A DNA stretch of 63,358 nt, filler included, from Octopus bimaculoides (GCF_001194135.2; 5 parts of 5 records of this genome joined end to end with filler, not necessarily neighbours in it), one strand, 5' to 3'; shown: positions 49,776 through 63,190, counted from the whole stretch's first letter. The notes: generated by a model not told the origin, from the letters alone. Translations and numbers: made by a program.

Positions 49776-49845
49776 TTACAGAAGATTAATTACAGACGAT
49801 TAATTACAGAAGATTAATTACAGAAGATTAATTACAGAAGATTAA
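49776..49845. repeat. 14-bp minisatellite (TTACAGAAGATTAA)x5
   Basis: Five units, one with a single substitution. Confidence 0.95.
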
Positions 49846-50230
49846 TTCATTTTGAGGATGTGATCAGAGGTTTTTCAATTCAAAAAAGTAGGAGAAAACT
49901 TTTCAAATATAAATAAAGTAGAAATATGCAAAAATAAGCATTATTTTTGATCTTTCTGTTAGTTTTGTCTTATTTTGAAAAATATTTATTTGATGGTTTA
50001 TTGCTGTTAATATTTTGAACAATATATTCAGCATCTTTCAAGCGCTTAGGGTGTCTATGGGCCATAATCCGGTCCTACCTACCCCATATTCCATATCCCG
50101 ACACATTTGTATCCATCAACACCAAAGTCCTTTCTAAACATTAGCCATTTTGTGTTTATAAATCTAAACACTCCTTATAGTCTCCAGTTCTTTACATTCT
50201 CAAACATATTTTATTGATATCAATCCTATA

Positions 50231-50296
<66 letters not shown>

Positions 50297-50756
50297 CTCT
50301 CTCTCAACCCCTCTCTCTTTCTGTCTGTCTGTCTCTGTCTCTCTTTCTCTCTCCTTATTACATTTCCTTGGACCTCTTCCTCCTTCTCATCTTGTCTACT
50401 TGCAATTCTCACTGTCTATGTCTATTCTCTTTTGTCTTGCACTAATATTTGACTTTAAGTTCCGATACTCTCAGCTTCTTCACTTGACTAGACTCTCGCC
50501 ACCATCTTCTAACTTCAACTGACCTACTAACATGCTGTTGTTACTTTCCTCTTTCTACCCCTCCTCCATCTCTCTTCACCTCCTCCCTCGTCGTCCGTCT
50601 CGCACACTACTCACACCATTTCTCTGTGAATTTTACTTGTTTCGAACATCGTCTCTTTATACATCATTCATTTTCTCTGTTTCATCTTTTGCATTCACGT
50701 TTCTTCGACAACACAGTCAGAATTTTAAGTATTCTTTCTCTCTCTCACACTCTCTT

Positions 50757-50805
<49 letters not shown>

Positions 50806-51404
50806 NNNNNNNNNNNNNNNNNNNNNNNNNNNNNNNNNNNNNNNNNNNNNNNNNNNNNNNNNNNNNNNNNNNNNNNNNNNNNNNNNNNNNNNNNNNNNNN
50901 NNNNNNNNNNNNNNNNNNNNNNNNNNNNNNNNNNNNNNNNNNNNNNNNNNNNNNNNNNNNNNNNNNNNNNNNNNNNNNNNNNNNNNNNNNNNNNNNNNNN
51001 NNNNNNNNNNNNNNNNNNNNNNNNNNNNNNNNNNNNNNNNNNNNNNNNNNNNNNNNNNNNNNNNNNNNNNNNNNNNNNNNNNNNNNNNNNNNNNNNNNNN
51101 NNNNNNNNNNNNNNNNNNNNNNNNNNNNNNNNNNNNNNNNNNNNNNNNNNNNNNNNNNNNNNNNNNNNNNNNNNNNNNNNNNNNNNNNNNNNNNNNNNNN
51201 NNNNNNNNNNNNNNNNNNNNNNNNNNATAATATATCTCATAATATTAAATCAAGCATAAAATATATAATACACCCTCTATGAGGCCCCATAATGGCAAAA
51301 AGAGTCGGTAACTGGAATCGTTTGAACGATAAATAAAATATATTATATTGCAGTACTTATTCCAGGTGGTTACGTTTTTTGTCCAATACCAACTGAGATA
51401 AACT

Positions 51405-51605
51405 TCGCATTTCATGCTTCCGGAGCCAACGAAATAAAGCACCCATACAGGCTCTTTACCGTCTGAGTTCCAATTCCGTCGAGATCCACTTTACATTTCA
51501 TTTTTTCAGGGTCGATAAAATAAGTACTTTTTGAGCACTGGGATCGATATAATCCACTATTTCTTGCCTCGAAATTGCTGGCCTTGTGCCAAAATTTGAA
51601 ACCAT
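51405..51605 (+). mobile_element. SINE family A-like, degraded
   Basis: CTGAGTTCCAATTCCGTCGAGATCCACTTTACATTTCATTTTTTCAGGGTCGATAAAATAAGTAC. Confidence 0.7.
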
Positions 51606-51673
51606 TATTATTACTATTATTATTATTATTATTATTATAATAATAATAATTATTATTATTACTATTATTATTA

Positions 51674-51909
51674 TTAATATAGAAAGGATTGAGGTAACTC
51701 CTCCTGAAGATATAGTCAAAATTAAAAGAAGAGTGCCATTTGTTATCTGGTGAACGATATTTCGACATCTCGTGTGTCTTCAACTGGTTCAAAAAATAAA
51801 TTTGTCAATCTACTTCATTTTGGTTAATATAGAAAGGATTGAGGTAACTCCTCCTGAAGATATAGAGTCAAAATTAAAAGAAGAGTGCCATTTGTTATCT
51901 GGTGAACGA

Positions 51910-51913
<4 letters not shown>
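51674..51913. repeat. 88/90-bp near-perfect direct repeat with 62-bp spacer, flanked by (ATT)n
   Basis: 51674-51761 and 51824-51913 differ only by a 2-nt insertion. Confidence 0.9.
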
Positions 51914-51940
<27 letters not shown>

Positions 51941-52939
51941 GCTACCAATATCTTAATTATCATGTTGTTTCACCTCATATGTCCCGTGGTAACAAAATAC
52001 CGATAGTAAAGAATGGTAAAGAATGATTGTGTAATGAAGAACAGTCTGCTACAATGGAATTATCTCCAAGATATGGAATACTCGAAGCCATTTACCAAGA
52101 CACACTGCCTGACTAAGAACACATTGAAGTGAAATAGGCGAGTGATTTAAGTATATGTTGATGTTGATGATGTCACCCGCGTGGTGGTGGTGGTGGTGGT
52201 TGGTCGTCGTTGTTGTTATTGAAGTTGTTGTTGATAGAATTTAGGATTATACACTGCAATGTTCTTATAATGGAGCGAATAGAAATAATGGAAAATAATG
52301 GAATGGAATTATCAGACAAGAAAGTAATAAAATAGGCTGGAATGATGGCTATAAATATTTAGAGGTTTTAGAAATGGTTTGGATCAAGACAACTAGCATG
52401 GAAGTAAACTATTTAGAACAGAATATATAAGAAGCTTGAAACTAGCGCAGAAATCTAAGCTGGGAAATAAAAATAAAACATTTTCTGGCCATAAAAATAT
52501 GGGCCATATTTCTTGTCGGATATTCTAAAGTGAAATATAGAGTAACATGTTAGATTAGGACAGGAATATTTCGAAACTAATGCTTTTGAATGAGTTCTGG
52601 AACACTTCAGAGATGGAGAAAAACCAGTCTTGCTTCTCGTTCTACACAATCAATATATTCAATATATTTCTTATTCCATCTCTTCTTAATTCTCATGACA
52701 TCTAGTAGTTTCTCCTTTTCGCATGAATTTATTTCTAATTAAAATGGTGTTTGACTGGTGAGACAGTATAGCGAGCAAGAATTTAGTAAACAAGGAATTG
52801 GTTGCAGGCATCTACGGTAAAAGTTATATTGAGAAATTGGAGAGTGTTCCACGAATTTTGCTTTGCACACAGACAAGTCACCCATGCTCGAATATAAACA
52901 ACTCCATCTCCACCCTGAAGCCCTCGAAGCAACAGTATA

Positions 52940-53250
52940 TCGCTTATCTTTTATATTTTTCTTGCTTCAGTCAATAGACTGTGGCCATGCTGGAACAGCG
53001 TCTTCAAAAAGTTTTAGTCGAACGAATCGATCCTCAGTATTTAATTCTTTTAAAGCCTGGAATTTATTCTGTTGATCTATTTTGCTGAACCGCTCAGGTA
53101 CAGTGATGTAAAGGTATCACTGTGGTGGGGGACAAACACAGACGCCTCAGGATGTAGTAGAAAACACTCGCCCAAGATGCCACTCAGTGGGATTGAACCC
53201 GGAACCGTGTGGTTGAGAAGCAAGCTTCTTACCACATAGCCACGCATGCG
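52940..53250 (-). mobile_element. SINE family B with internal deletion
   Basis: Head GCGCATGCGTGGCTATGTGGTAAGAAGCTTGCTTC on the minus strand; tail CAGTCAATAGACTGTGGCCATGCTGGAAC on the plus strand. Confidence 0.8.
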
Positions 53251-53309
53251 CCAGTGATTTCGCATCCTGATAAGTTTGTTGCTGTTGACTTTCATTCACG
53301 AGAAAAGTC

Positions 53310-53540
53310 CCGTGACCTAGTGATTAGAGTTTTGGTTTCATAACCTATAGGTTGTGGCTTCAATTCTTGGGCCGGGCTATGCATTTTTTCGTTGATCACG
53401 GAACATCAATTTGTTGCTCCAATCTGATCATGCGACTACTGGTTCAGTCTTTCCTCACTGTAATAGTCACATCCCTCGACGTCCCATTGCGTTAAGTGGT
53501 TCGAGGGCTAAGATCGTGCATGTCTGATCGTGACTCCACA
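53310..53540 (+). mobile_element. Highly degraded tRNA-derived SINE
   Basis: GTGACCTAGTGATTAGAG (A-box-like), GGCTTCAATTCTT (B-box-like), TTGCTCCAATC. Confidence 0.4.
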
Positions 53541-53695
53541 GGCACCTAAAAAAATTGAGGAAAGCATGGTGCTAGATATCATGTGATACTTGCTTCTGAA
53601 TGGCTGCCAATGTCTTTTTTGTTTTTGTTTTTCTTTTACTTTAACCCGAACAGGAATCCATATTTTATCAGGAACTCGTCGAATTTAGAGCTGCA

Positions 53696-53730
<35 letters not shown>

Positions 53731-54259
53731 AGAAGAAGAAGANNNNNNNNNNAAGAAGAAGAAGAAGAAGAAGAAGAAGAAGAAGAAGAAGAAGAAGCTA
53801 TGGAGATGGTAAGAAGGAAATAATACAATGAAGACGAATAGAAGGATAGAAAGAAGGAAAAAAAACCCCCAAAAATAAACGAGAAATGTGGATTAGATAC
53901 CAGAGAAAGAGAAAAAGATTAAAAAAAAATTTTTTAAATCAAAAAAAAATAAATAGGAAATTCGAATGTAAAAGCGGAAGCAATATTGAATGAAATAAAA
54001 AGTAATAAATGAAAGAGTAATAAATGAAAGAGTAATAAAACAAATTGAAAGAAGAAAGGAAAATGAATGAATGAGGAAAGAAAAGTAAAAAGGAACAAAT
54101 TTGTGCAATTGTTGAATGTTTTTCAGCACCATTTATATTTAAACGAAGAAATTGTGAAAATATTTTATCGATGAAAATGTCACCGGATTTTATTGAATAT
54201 TTTGTTCGTGTTCTTCATGTTGTTGATGATGGTGATGATGTTTATATGGTAGGCGTTGC

Positions 54260-54291
<32 letters not shown>

Positions 54292-54514
54292 TTCTTAAAC
54301 GTTTATTTATAAAACACGTCCACCATTGCATCATCATTATCATCACCACTATTGCTACGACGACCACCAGCNNNNNNNNNNNNNNNNNNNNNNNNNNNNN
54401 NNNNNNNNNNNNNNNTTAATTAATTAANNNNNNNNNNNNNNNNNNNNNNNNNNNNNNNNNNNNNNNNNNNNGTGTGTGTGTGTGTGTGTGTGTGTGTGTG
54501 CATATATATATATA

Positions 54515-54680
54515 TATGCGCAGGCGTGGCTCTATGGTAAGAAGCTTGTTTCTCAGCCACATGGTTCTGGGTTCAATCCCACTGCATCATGCCTTGGGCA
54601 ACTGTCTTCTACTAGAGCCTCGGGCCGACCAAAGACTTGTGAGTGGATTTGGTAGACAGAAATTGCAAGATGTCCGACTT
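54515..54680 (+). mobile_element. SINE family B, 5' half ending at its internal (TA)n
   Basis: GCGCAGGCGTGGCTCTATGGTAAGAAGCTTG...GGTTCAATCCCAC...GCCTTGGGCAA. Confidence 0.85.
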
Positions 54681-54717
54681 ATATATATATATAGCCTGTT
54701 ATTAAAGTCTGTCAGAC

Positions 54718-54762
54718 GAGGCCTGATGAATGCCAATAGGCATGAAAGTACGTACTCACCTT
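54718..54762 (+). ncRNA. Type-I minimal hammerhead ribozyme
   Basis: GAGGC-CTGATGA(54723-29)-ATGCC/AATA/GGCAT-GAAA(54744-47)-GTACGTAC-TC(54756-57)-ACCTT. All core nucleotides present, CUC cleavage triplet, palindromic helix III (AGTACGTACT), helix I with one A.C mismatch. Confidence 0.75.
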
Positions 54763-55013
54763 TATATATTTGATACTCAATATTTCATATATTCAATAAG
54801 ACATTCAACACTTCATTTCATTTTTCATTTTACCATTTAATTTTATAAGAATATAAATAAAACATAAAAAATAGACAGAGTTGGAACTCTTTTAAATAAT
54901 ATATTCCTCTATACACGATCATACAAAACCATTTTTTTGTATATATTTTTTATTTTTATTTTTATTTTGTATATTTATTTTTACTCATATATATATATAT
55001 ATATATATATATA

Positions 55014-56932
55014 CGATGGCCGTCCACTCGTGACCGAGGACGACCATTACTGACCTTTAAGAACAGTGTGCGCTCCACGACTAACTTAAATTTTGCATTT
55101 GCGGCTCCGTTGGTGGCTAAGGAGCCCGACTCTTGGCAATCATGCACGATTGCAAGCATTCCAAACCATGCTTCCCCATTCACTATGCTAGCAGTGCGCT
55201 TTCGAACAGCACGCTTAAATTCTTCATGAAGACTACGTGCTCTTTCAAAGGTGTCGAACCAACCCCCTTAACCGGCCTCCTCCATCTGTGGCGATGACAG
55301 ACAATGCCCTCACAGTCGGTCTTTTGCATTTCAGAGGCTTTTTAATGAAGGCTTGGCACAGTCCTTAAATTGCAGCCTTGGTTTCCGCCAGGGTCTCTTT
55401 TTATTAACAAATTCCCCATATAGCATCTGTTTAGGAATCCTGCTATCCTTCAAGATGTCCATTCCAACGTAACCGGTGATTGTGCACCATCGCCTCAATA
55501 CTCAAGATATCAGCTATCCTCAGGACCTGTGTGTCTGGAGATTTTTAGGTCCAGCCAACATTCAGAATGTGCCTCAGACATCTCTGATGGAAGCGTTCAA
55601 GGACCTTTACAAGACGTTTGTAAAGGTTCCATGTCTCACATGAGTAAAGGAGCGATGTCAGTACACATGCATGGTACACAGCACTTTTTGTTTGCTTTGT
55701 GGTGCCATGCTAGGACCAGACACGAGACTCAAGAGACTGGAAGAAATCAGTTGCTCTCTGCAGCCTGAAAGATATTTCATCATCCAGGGAGCAAGATCGA
55801 CTGAGTGTGCTGTCCATGTAGACAAATTTGTCCACCCCTTTCAGTATTGTTCCTCCAACCAACATAGCTGGTTCCACATATGGATTTCCTGGTGCAGGCT
55901 GGAACATTACAACAGTCTTCTCCGGGCTAATGCTGACTCCAAATTCCTTGGAAGATGAAGAAATACGATTCATAAGTATTTGCATGCCATCCACTTTATG
56001 AGTGACTAAGTCACAGCCATCTGCATGAAGGAGGCCACGAATAAAAGAATGGTAAAGTTTTGAATTGGCTGCAAGTCAGCGCAGATTAAAGAGGCGGCCA
56101 GAAGATCGATACCTGACATATATTCCCAGAGAGCTAACCTTAGCAAAAGCATGGGTAAAAGCAGAAGTAAAGTACGAAGAAAAGAGAGCTGGAGCAAGGA
56201 TTTCACACTCCTTGACACCATTCTCTACAGGAATGCCGCCACCAACATTGACCCAAGCCTCCATCCCATCATGAAATGATTTAATTATAGATACAAAGTG
56301 ATCTGGACATCCAAGTTCGCCGAGTATTTTCTATAGCAAGGCCCTGTTCACTGTATCAAAGGCCTTGGTTAAATCAATAAGTACCGGGACAAGATCCATA
56401 TTCTGCTCATAACACTTCCCCTGCATCTATCTAGCTGCGAAAATCATATCCATTATCCCTCTACCAGACCGGAAGCCACATTGAGATTAAGATAGGACAT
56501 CATTTACAAAATACACATTCAGGCAGGTAGGAAGAATATTTGCCAGAACCTTGCCATCAGTTGATAGCAGAGCAATACTTCTGTAGTTACCACACATTGT
56601 TCTGACTTCTTATCCTTTATATAGAGGAAGAATAATTGCATCCTTCCAGTCCTTCGGCATTGCACCATCTTTCCAGACTACACTAATAAGTTCATGAAGG
56701 GACTGTGTGATGTAATTACCACCAAATCGCAAGACCTCAGCACAAATTCCATCCTTTCTAGGTGCCCTACCAAGATTCAATTTACTTATTGCTGTCATTA
56801 CCTCATCTATTGAGGGCGTGGAAATTAAGGAGCCAATGATAGGTCTTTATTGCATAGTATCAATCACTCTTTCATCCACAACTGACTCATGGTTCAGGAA
56901 TTCAGAGAAGTGTTCAATCCAGCGACCTAGAT
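55014..56932 (-). mobile_element. RTE-clade LINE, 5'-truncated RT fragment with 3' end
   Basis: AISKLNLGRAPRKDGICAEVL, WKDAIILPLYKG, GGIPVENGVKECEILAPALFSSYF, YRSSGRLFNLR, FGVSISPEKTVVMFQPAPG; ends in (TA)n. Confidence 0.9.
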
Positions 56933-56949
56933 ATGTATGTATTTGTGTA

Positions 56950-57150
56950 TCTGCGTTTGTCCCCACACAATTGCTTGACAACCGATGTTGATGTATTTAG
57001 CTCCCCGTAACATAGTGGTTCGGCAAAAGTGATCGATTAAATAAGTACTAGGCTTACAAAGAGTAAGTGCTGGGGTCTATTTCTTCCACTAAAAGACGGT
57101 GCTCCAGCATGGCTGCAGTCAAATAACTGACACAAATAAAAGAATAAAAG
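56950..57150 (+). mobile_element. SINE family B, 3' half
   Basis: TAAGTACTAGGCTTACAAA...GGTGCTCCAGCATGGCTGCAGTCAAATAACTG, then (AATAAAAG)n. Confidence 0.85.
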
Positions 57151-57159
57151 AATATATAT

Positions 57160-58231
57160 ATATATATATTAATTTATGTATATATTAATATTATCTTGGT
57201 TGAAAAAACTTCGATAATGTAAATATGTTAATAGTTATCAGGGTAGCAAAAATCACACAAAAAAACTGAAGTATCATACCCGGTTAATGGGTAGAAATTC
57301 CATGTTAAAATGATGTATTTTGAGTAGATATGAAGAAAAATAATAAATGGAGCAAAACGCGTATATATATAAAATCAAAAAAGGCAACACGGATTTTGAA
57401 GGTTATTGCAGTACGCATGTTTCATGCTACTCCATTTATTTAAGTAATGCAAAAAAAAAAAAACTAAAGCAGCATATAGAAAATGCAGAATGTAAAAAAA
57501 TGGAAAACGAAATGAGGAAAACGGAAAGCGAAAATACGAAAAATAAAATGTAAAAAATAAAACGTAAAAAGGTAAAACAGCAGTCCTCCTTGGATCTTAA
57601 ATGATGAGGCTAGAAAGATATTAATTTAGGGATAGGCAGAATTTTCCAGTTCTTCAAAATATATTTATACATATGCATGTAACCGCTGAAAATTACTGAC
57701 CTAGAGTCTAATAGGGAATTAGGGATCTTAGATCTGAACATGATTTGCGCTCTTTCAGCTAAACAAAGTCTACATTTATTCAGTCCATTCAAATAAGATG
57801 TGGATTTCTCAAATTACTGTCGATTTAACCACATGTAGTGTTTCATTATCTGTCAACATCCATTCGTAGTTAACCAACATAGTGCCTTTACTTTTGTTCT
57901 CGTGACGGAAGAAGGCTGGCTGGCATAGCGATTTTTAAATTCACCTTCACATATTCCAATATAGCTCTTATCAGTTATATTATTGTTTAGAGTTGCAGTA
58001 ACTTCTGCCTCATATATGATAGATGTAACCATACAGTGTTGGTCAGATGGACAGGATCCTGGGTCGCGACAGTTGTAACTGGATTTAGGTTCTTGGTAGT
58101 GACCGCATGTAATGATATTGTTATATTGGGGCAGCAGCTATATGATAATTTCATAGAACGCTTCCCCGATATGAAGAACGAGTACATAGTGCCTGTGTTT
58201 ATTTGGCTAAAAAAGATGACAATCCCGAAAT

Positions 58232-58240
<9 letters not shown>
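57160..58240 (-). mobile_element. Penelope-like element (Naiad-like): linker, GIY-YIG and 3' UTR
   Basis: SYNCRDPGSCPSDQHCMVTSIIYEAEVTATLNNNITDKSYIGICEGEFKNRY...NGLNKCRLCLAERAQIMFRSKIPNSLLDSRS..HMYKYILKNWK. Confidence 0.85.
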
Positions 58241-58266
<26 letters not shown>

Positions 58267-59405
58267 NNNNNNNNNNNNNNNNNNNNNNNNNNNNNNNNNN
58301 NNNNNTATAATTGAACAATGCAGCCATTACATCAATTTAAATGCAGAGCAATCCTCAACTGCACAAAGTCATAGAATAAAATAAATTTAATATTTGTACC
58401 TCTATAAATTCATACTTAGCTTATATATAACAATACTGGTATATTCACTGCTTAAAATAAACTACTTAGATTATAATTAAATTAATTATAGTTAGTATGT
58501 TATTTTACCTCAGTACACCTTTATTAAATACCAGTATATACCAATTGTTCAATATTCACTGATACTATCTGGTAAGTAAGTATTTAAGTTTATAATATGT
58601 ATAAATATTAAACTATTTCTGGATAATTTTCTTTTCCTCCCTCTATTGTGGTAAAAGTTTGGTATATACTCAAAAGTATTTTATCCTTTTGTTATAATTA
58701 TTCTTCTTAATAATCCTCTGAATAACCCTAAACTTTAACTTTATACAATATAGTAGTATTGCTTAAAATATTTAACTATAGTACATGATAAGTTTCCCCT
58801 GTTTCATTATCAATGGTTTGCTAGTGGCCAGCCCCCTTAATTGTCAGCTAACATCTTGATTTAAGTTTTCCTTTACCACATCCCATAATATTGCTTCAAG
58901 TAAATATTGATTTTTATGATTATACTCACTATGATTTCTGTCGACTCCCTCAGCCCTACCCCTAACAGACCCGACCTTAGATATACCAGGATTTGATAAA
59001 ACTACTCTATAAATTAAAACTGACCCCATATAAAAGTGACAAGCAAAATCTGTAACAAGTCTTTCTTCCTGATAACTTAGTAGCTTCTAAGTGGAAGGAA
59101 GGGCAACAATGTTCTTTGTCTATGTCCTTAACTTCCTGGAGATTTTAGGCAAAATTTTACTCATGTGTTTTAATCTAATTAAATTCTATGTCTTTGTGCA
59201 GCTAAAGAATACTCTGCATTTTAATTGATGTAATGGTTGCATTGTTCAATTAAATGGAGTTGCGTCAAACGATCGTACTGCATTACCTCTGGATATCTTT
59301 GTTGCTTATTTTGATTCTAATCACCTTTATTTTGAAATTGTATGGATAATACCGTACTAAATTCTCAACTTAAGTACCATATTCATCTGAATTTTTGCTG
59401 AACTC

Positions 59406-59485
<80 letters not shown>

Positions 59486-59519
59486 GGTGGTTGTCTACTC
59501 CATATGCAGAGTCTGAGCC

Positions 59520-59720
59520 CCTCCTGTACCTACACATTAGAACCATCATGACATCTGATGTGGCTTTTTAAACCAGACAATGTTCTGAAAAGACACCCAC
59601 ATAGATTGCACCTCCGATTTGGATCACCAAGATCTGAAGATAAGTTTCTGGTCTTTGTTGCATTTCGAGATATATATCTATTAAGAAAAAGGAGTCTCCT
59701 TTTTAATATACAATATCTGT
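59520..59720 (-). mobile_element. RTE-like LINE 3' fragment (C-terminal zinc-finger-like motif)
   Basis: RRCNLCGCLFRTLSGLKSHIRCH, resembling the CxxCG...GLxSHxRxH motif at RTE ORF ends. Confidence 0.55.
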
Positions 59721-59749
59721 ACACCACTTCAAACATTCTATGCATATAT

Positions 59750-60100
59750 AGAGTGGCTCTATGGTAAGAAACTTGCTTCCCACCCAAATACTTTTGGGTT
59801 CAGTCGCACTGCGTTATATCTTGAGTAAATGTCTTCTACTATAGCCTCGGGTCGACCAAACCCTTGTGAGTGGATCTGGCAGACGGAAACTGAAAGAAGC
59901 TCGATGTGTGTGTGTGATTGTATGTGTGTGTGTAATTGTCTGTTTAGTCTGTGTTTGCCCGCACGCGCATACACACACAGTCGCTTGACAATCGATGTTG
60001 GCGTGTTTACGTCCTTGTAACCTAACGATTCGGCAACATAGACCGATTGAATAAGTACTAGGCTTACAAAGATTAAGTCCAGGGTTTGATTTCTTCGACG
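59750..60100 (+). mobile_element. SINE family B, full length
   Basis: GTGGCTCTATGGTAAGAAACTTGCTTCCC head, internal (TG)n, tail AATAAGTACTAGGCTTACAAAG. Confidence 0.85.
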
Positions 60101-60110
60101 TATATATATA

Positions 60111-60150
<40 letters not shown>

Positions 60151-60250
60151 NNNNNNNNNNNNNNNNNNNNNNNNNNNNNNNNNNNNNNNNNNNNTTAATT
60201 AATTAANNNNNNNNNNNNNNNNNNNNNNNNNNNNNNNNNNNNNNNNNNNN

Positions 60251-60312
<62 letters not shown>

Positions 60313-62151
60313 GCAGAAATATATACGTCACTGAAGTGACAAAGGGCACTAATCAGTCCCAGTATTGCTAGAAATAAGAGTGAAAACAACTCAATAACCA
60401 CAGAAGCACTATCTTAATTACCGACAAGGGAGGCAAGCTCCCTACGATAGCATATATAGCCAGATCATCGATGATTTCGCATTTTGCATATGCACATATA
60501 TATATGCATATACACACAGTATATATATATTCATAGAAAAATAAAAACAAAAGATACCACAGTAAAAACCTTGACCAATCGTTTTTCAAACTGAAAAACA
60601 TCCACCACCACACAAAAAAAAGCAATGAAAGTATAAATGAAAACAGCAACAATAATTATATCGATTAGTCATATATTCGATTTTCAAGGTTGAACGCACG
60701 GAACTAATGAACGTCACGTGGTGTCTGTCAACTAGGACAGCAATATCGAGACAGCAATGTAGGTACTGATTTGTCATTGTTGTCTAATGAAGCGAAGAGA
60801 CCCAACTGACGTTGTTGTTTGTCTGTGNNNNNNNNNNNNNNNNNNNNNNNNNNNNNNNNNNNNNNNNNNNNNNNNNNNNNNNNNNNNNNNNNNNNNNNNN
60901 NNNNNNNNNNNNNNNNNNNNNNNNNNNCACACACACACGCACGCACGCACACACACACATGCACACTGATGGAAGGTGAGTCTGTCTGATCGCTATTCGG
61001 AGTTTCTCGCTCATTGTCCTCAGGATTCCGCTTTGAATTTGAATAAATAGTATTCCACTAGGTCTAACAGTATTGCGTACTTGATTGCCACTAAGATTTC
61101 TCTTGGTTGGAAATCCCTCTGTCTGATATTATTGCCCTGCTAAGTCTCCTTCTTTAAGGGATGAATCCCGCTTAAAATTATCAAAATAGCGGTTGCTGAC
61201 ATAAAGACACAGTGACAAACATCTTTTGATAATGTGTCAGTCAACTAACCAGCATATGTATACCTTCAGAACTTTTCCCAGAGGAGCAGATACTACGCTA
61301 TCTCAGCATAACAAATTATGTAAAAATGTACAGAAATACACATTTCAAATCAAAATGGAGTATTATGACCTAATGAATTATGAAATTATGAGTTACATAA
61401 AGGCTTATATATCTAGATATCAAATTTTATATTCTTTATAACTGAAGAAAAAATGTTATATTTCTCAAGGGAAAATACTTTACAAAAAATTTAGTGTTGA
61501 TTTCAGTGTTAATTAATAAGTCTCTATTTTCACTTAAAAATTACGAAGTCTTTCACCATAAATTGATGTCAAAGTCCTATAGAATTATTTCACTCTCTAT
61601 AACACGATCGTATAGATACAATTTTCTCTATTATAAAATTATCAAATCATTTGTTTACTCAGTTAAGATAATTTTATATATTTTCTTGTCAATATTTTTA
61701 ATTTAATTTCCTCTATTTTCATTTTGTGTTTTCCGTACGCGACCAATTATTTTAACTAAAAGCCAAAGCAGATCGTACAAAATATTGACAAACGATTAAA
61801 TTGTTAACTTCGTGGTAGCTAAGACTCATAATCTAGGGGTCTAACTCCCCGGGGAAAATAAGCAATAAACTTTACCTTCATGTAAGAAAGAAAAATTATT
61901 AGCGTCAAAATCAAAAACTTGATTAGGAGCAAGCAGTAAAGAACTTGTCTAACATTTGGTAAGTACAGTGACGACTTATAACATATTTTTGTTTACTGCA
62001 TCTCGTCTTATTCGTTTTTCCGTGACCTTAGCACGAGTGAAAGAATGAATAGGAGTTCAGTAAAAGACTTTCGCTGATAAGCAAATAAAAATAATGAATT
62101 TTCTAACACTGAAAATGACATGACATAGGAAATATATACACATATTCATGT

Positions 62152-62207
<56 letters not shown>

Positions 62208-62329
62208 ATACGTACACATACACATGGTCACACACACTAATCACTATATCTTTTGCGCTTTTGCTTTAGAAAGTAGAACCTCAAGTCCTTTTTATCTGCC
62301 ATAATCAGCTCATCTGTTGCACCGAGGCA

Positions 62330-63190
62330 ATCTTCTAGATATTTAATAGCATTGGATTGCTTCGGAAAGCGTCTGAGAGCATATGTTCTCCCTAAGACTA
62401 ACATGATCTCTTTGTCCCCTTATTTTAAATGATCTCAGAATCCAACTAGCCTCTCGCCTGCTCATCAAAATGATATGCATACGGAATGATGCAGCGTTAG
62501 TCATGTGGATTTCCACGTCATGCACTAACCGTGATTCTGCAATTAAAATACTCATCTGGTCTTGTGTATTCTGTTTGTGAGCCGATAGGTTAACGCTTGA
62601 AACTTTTTAGCACTGAACTGCATGTTGTTTCTTCCAGTCTGGTTGTATACCACACTCAGGTTTCCTATAGGTATGTATTATCACCATGGTCCTTGACTAC
62701 GTGTGATTCTCATGCATCGTCAGTGAAATTGGTGAACGCGGCTGACTGTAAGACTGGAGGTCTGGAAAAAGAAAACCCCAAACCCCCACTGACAGTAGTG
62801 GTCCCTGTACTATTCTCCGGGGACACCACTTAAGGTTGATGTCTCCTCTTAGAGTGCAATGCTGGTTGCAACAGCCTGAATCCTACGCATTAAAACAGTT
62901 ATGCAGCCTTATAACTTTCCAACAATACCAAGGTTAGGCAGCTTGTGACATCTTTCCGTGATCAACTTCATTGAAAGTCTTGGGAAGTCGTAACATATCT
63001 CATCCACATTTAAACAGTTGAGCTGTTGTGTCAATTCCCATTCATAATACTGTTGCACCTGTGTAAGAAAGCTCTTTCCTGGACAGAAGCAATGCTGCGT
63101 GTCAGTGAGCAAGCCATTTTCATCTTGGAACGTGATCAGCTTCCTTCCAATAGTGCGTTCCATAACTTTGCTAACATATCAGTCATATAG
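62330..63190 (-). mobile_element. CR1/L2-group LINE RT fragment
   Basis: MERTIGRKLI..ENGLLTDTQHCFCPGKS, LGIVGKL, FTDDA*ESHVV, VRSLG-like region, SRREASWILRSFK; frameshifted. Confidence 0.8.

Noticed and set aside
57395-57460. HHR in the 57160-58240 PLE UTR
   Set aside because: The 3' half (GCAT-GAAA-C..G-TA) is visible but the CUGANGA core is absent, replaced by a poly-T run.
60540-60830. CCAAT, CACGTG and TGACGT motifs in a repeat-free stretch; AAG|GTGAGT donor-like site near 60975
   Set aside because: Short motifs like these are expected by chance, and there is no supporting exon or TSS evidence.
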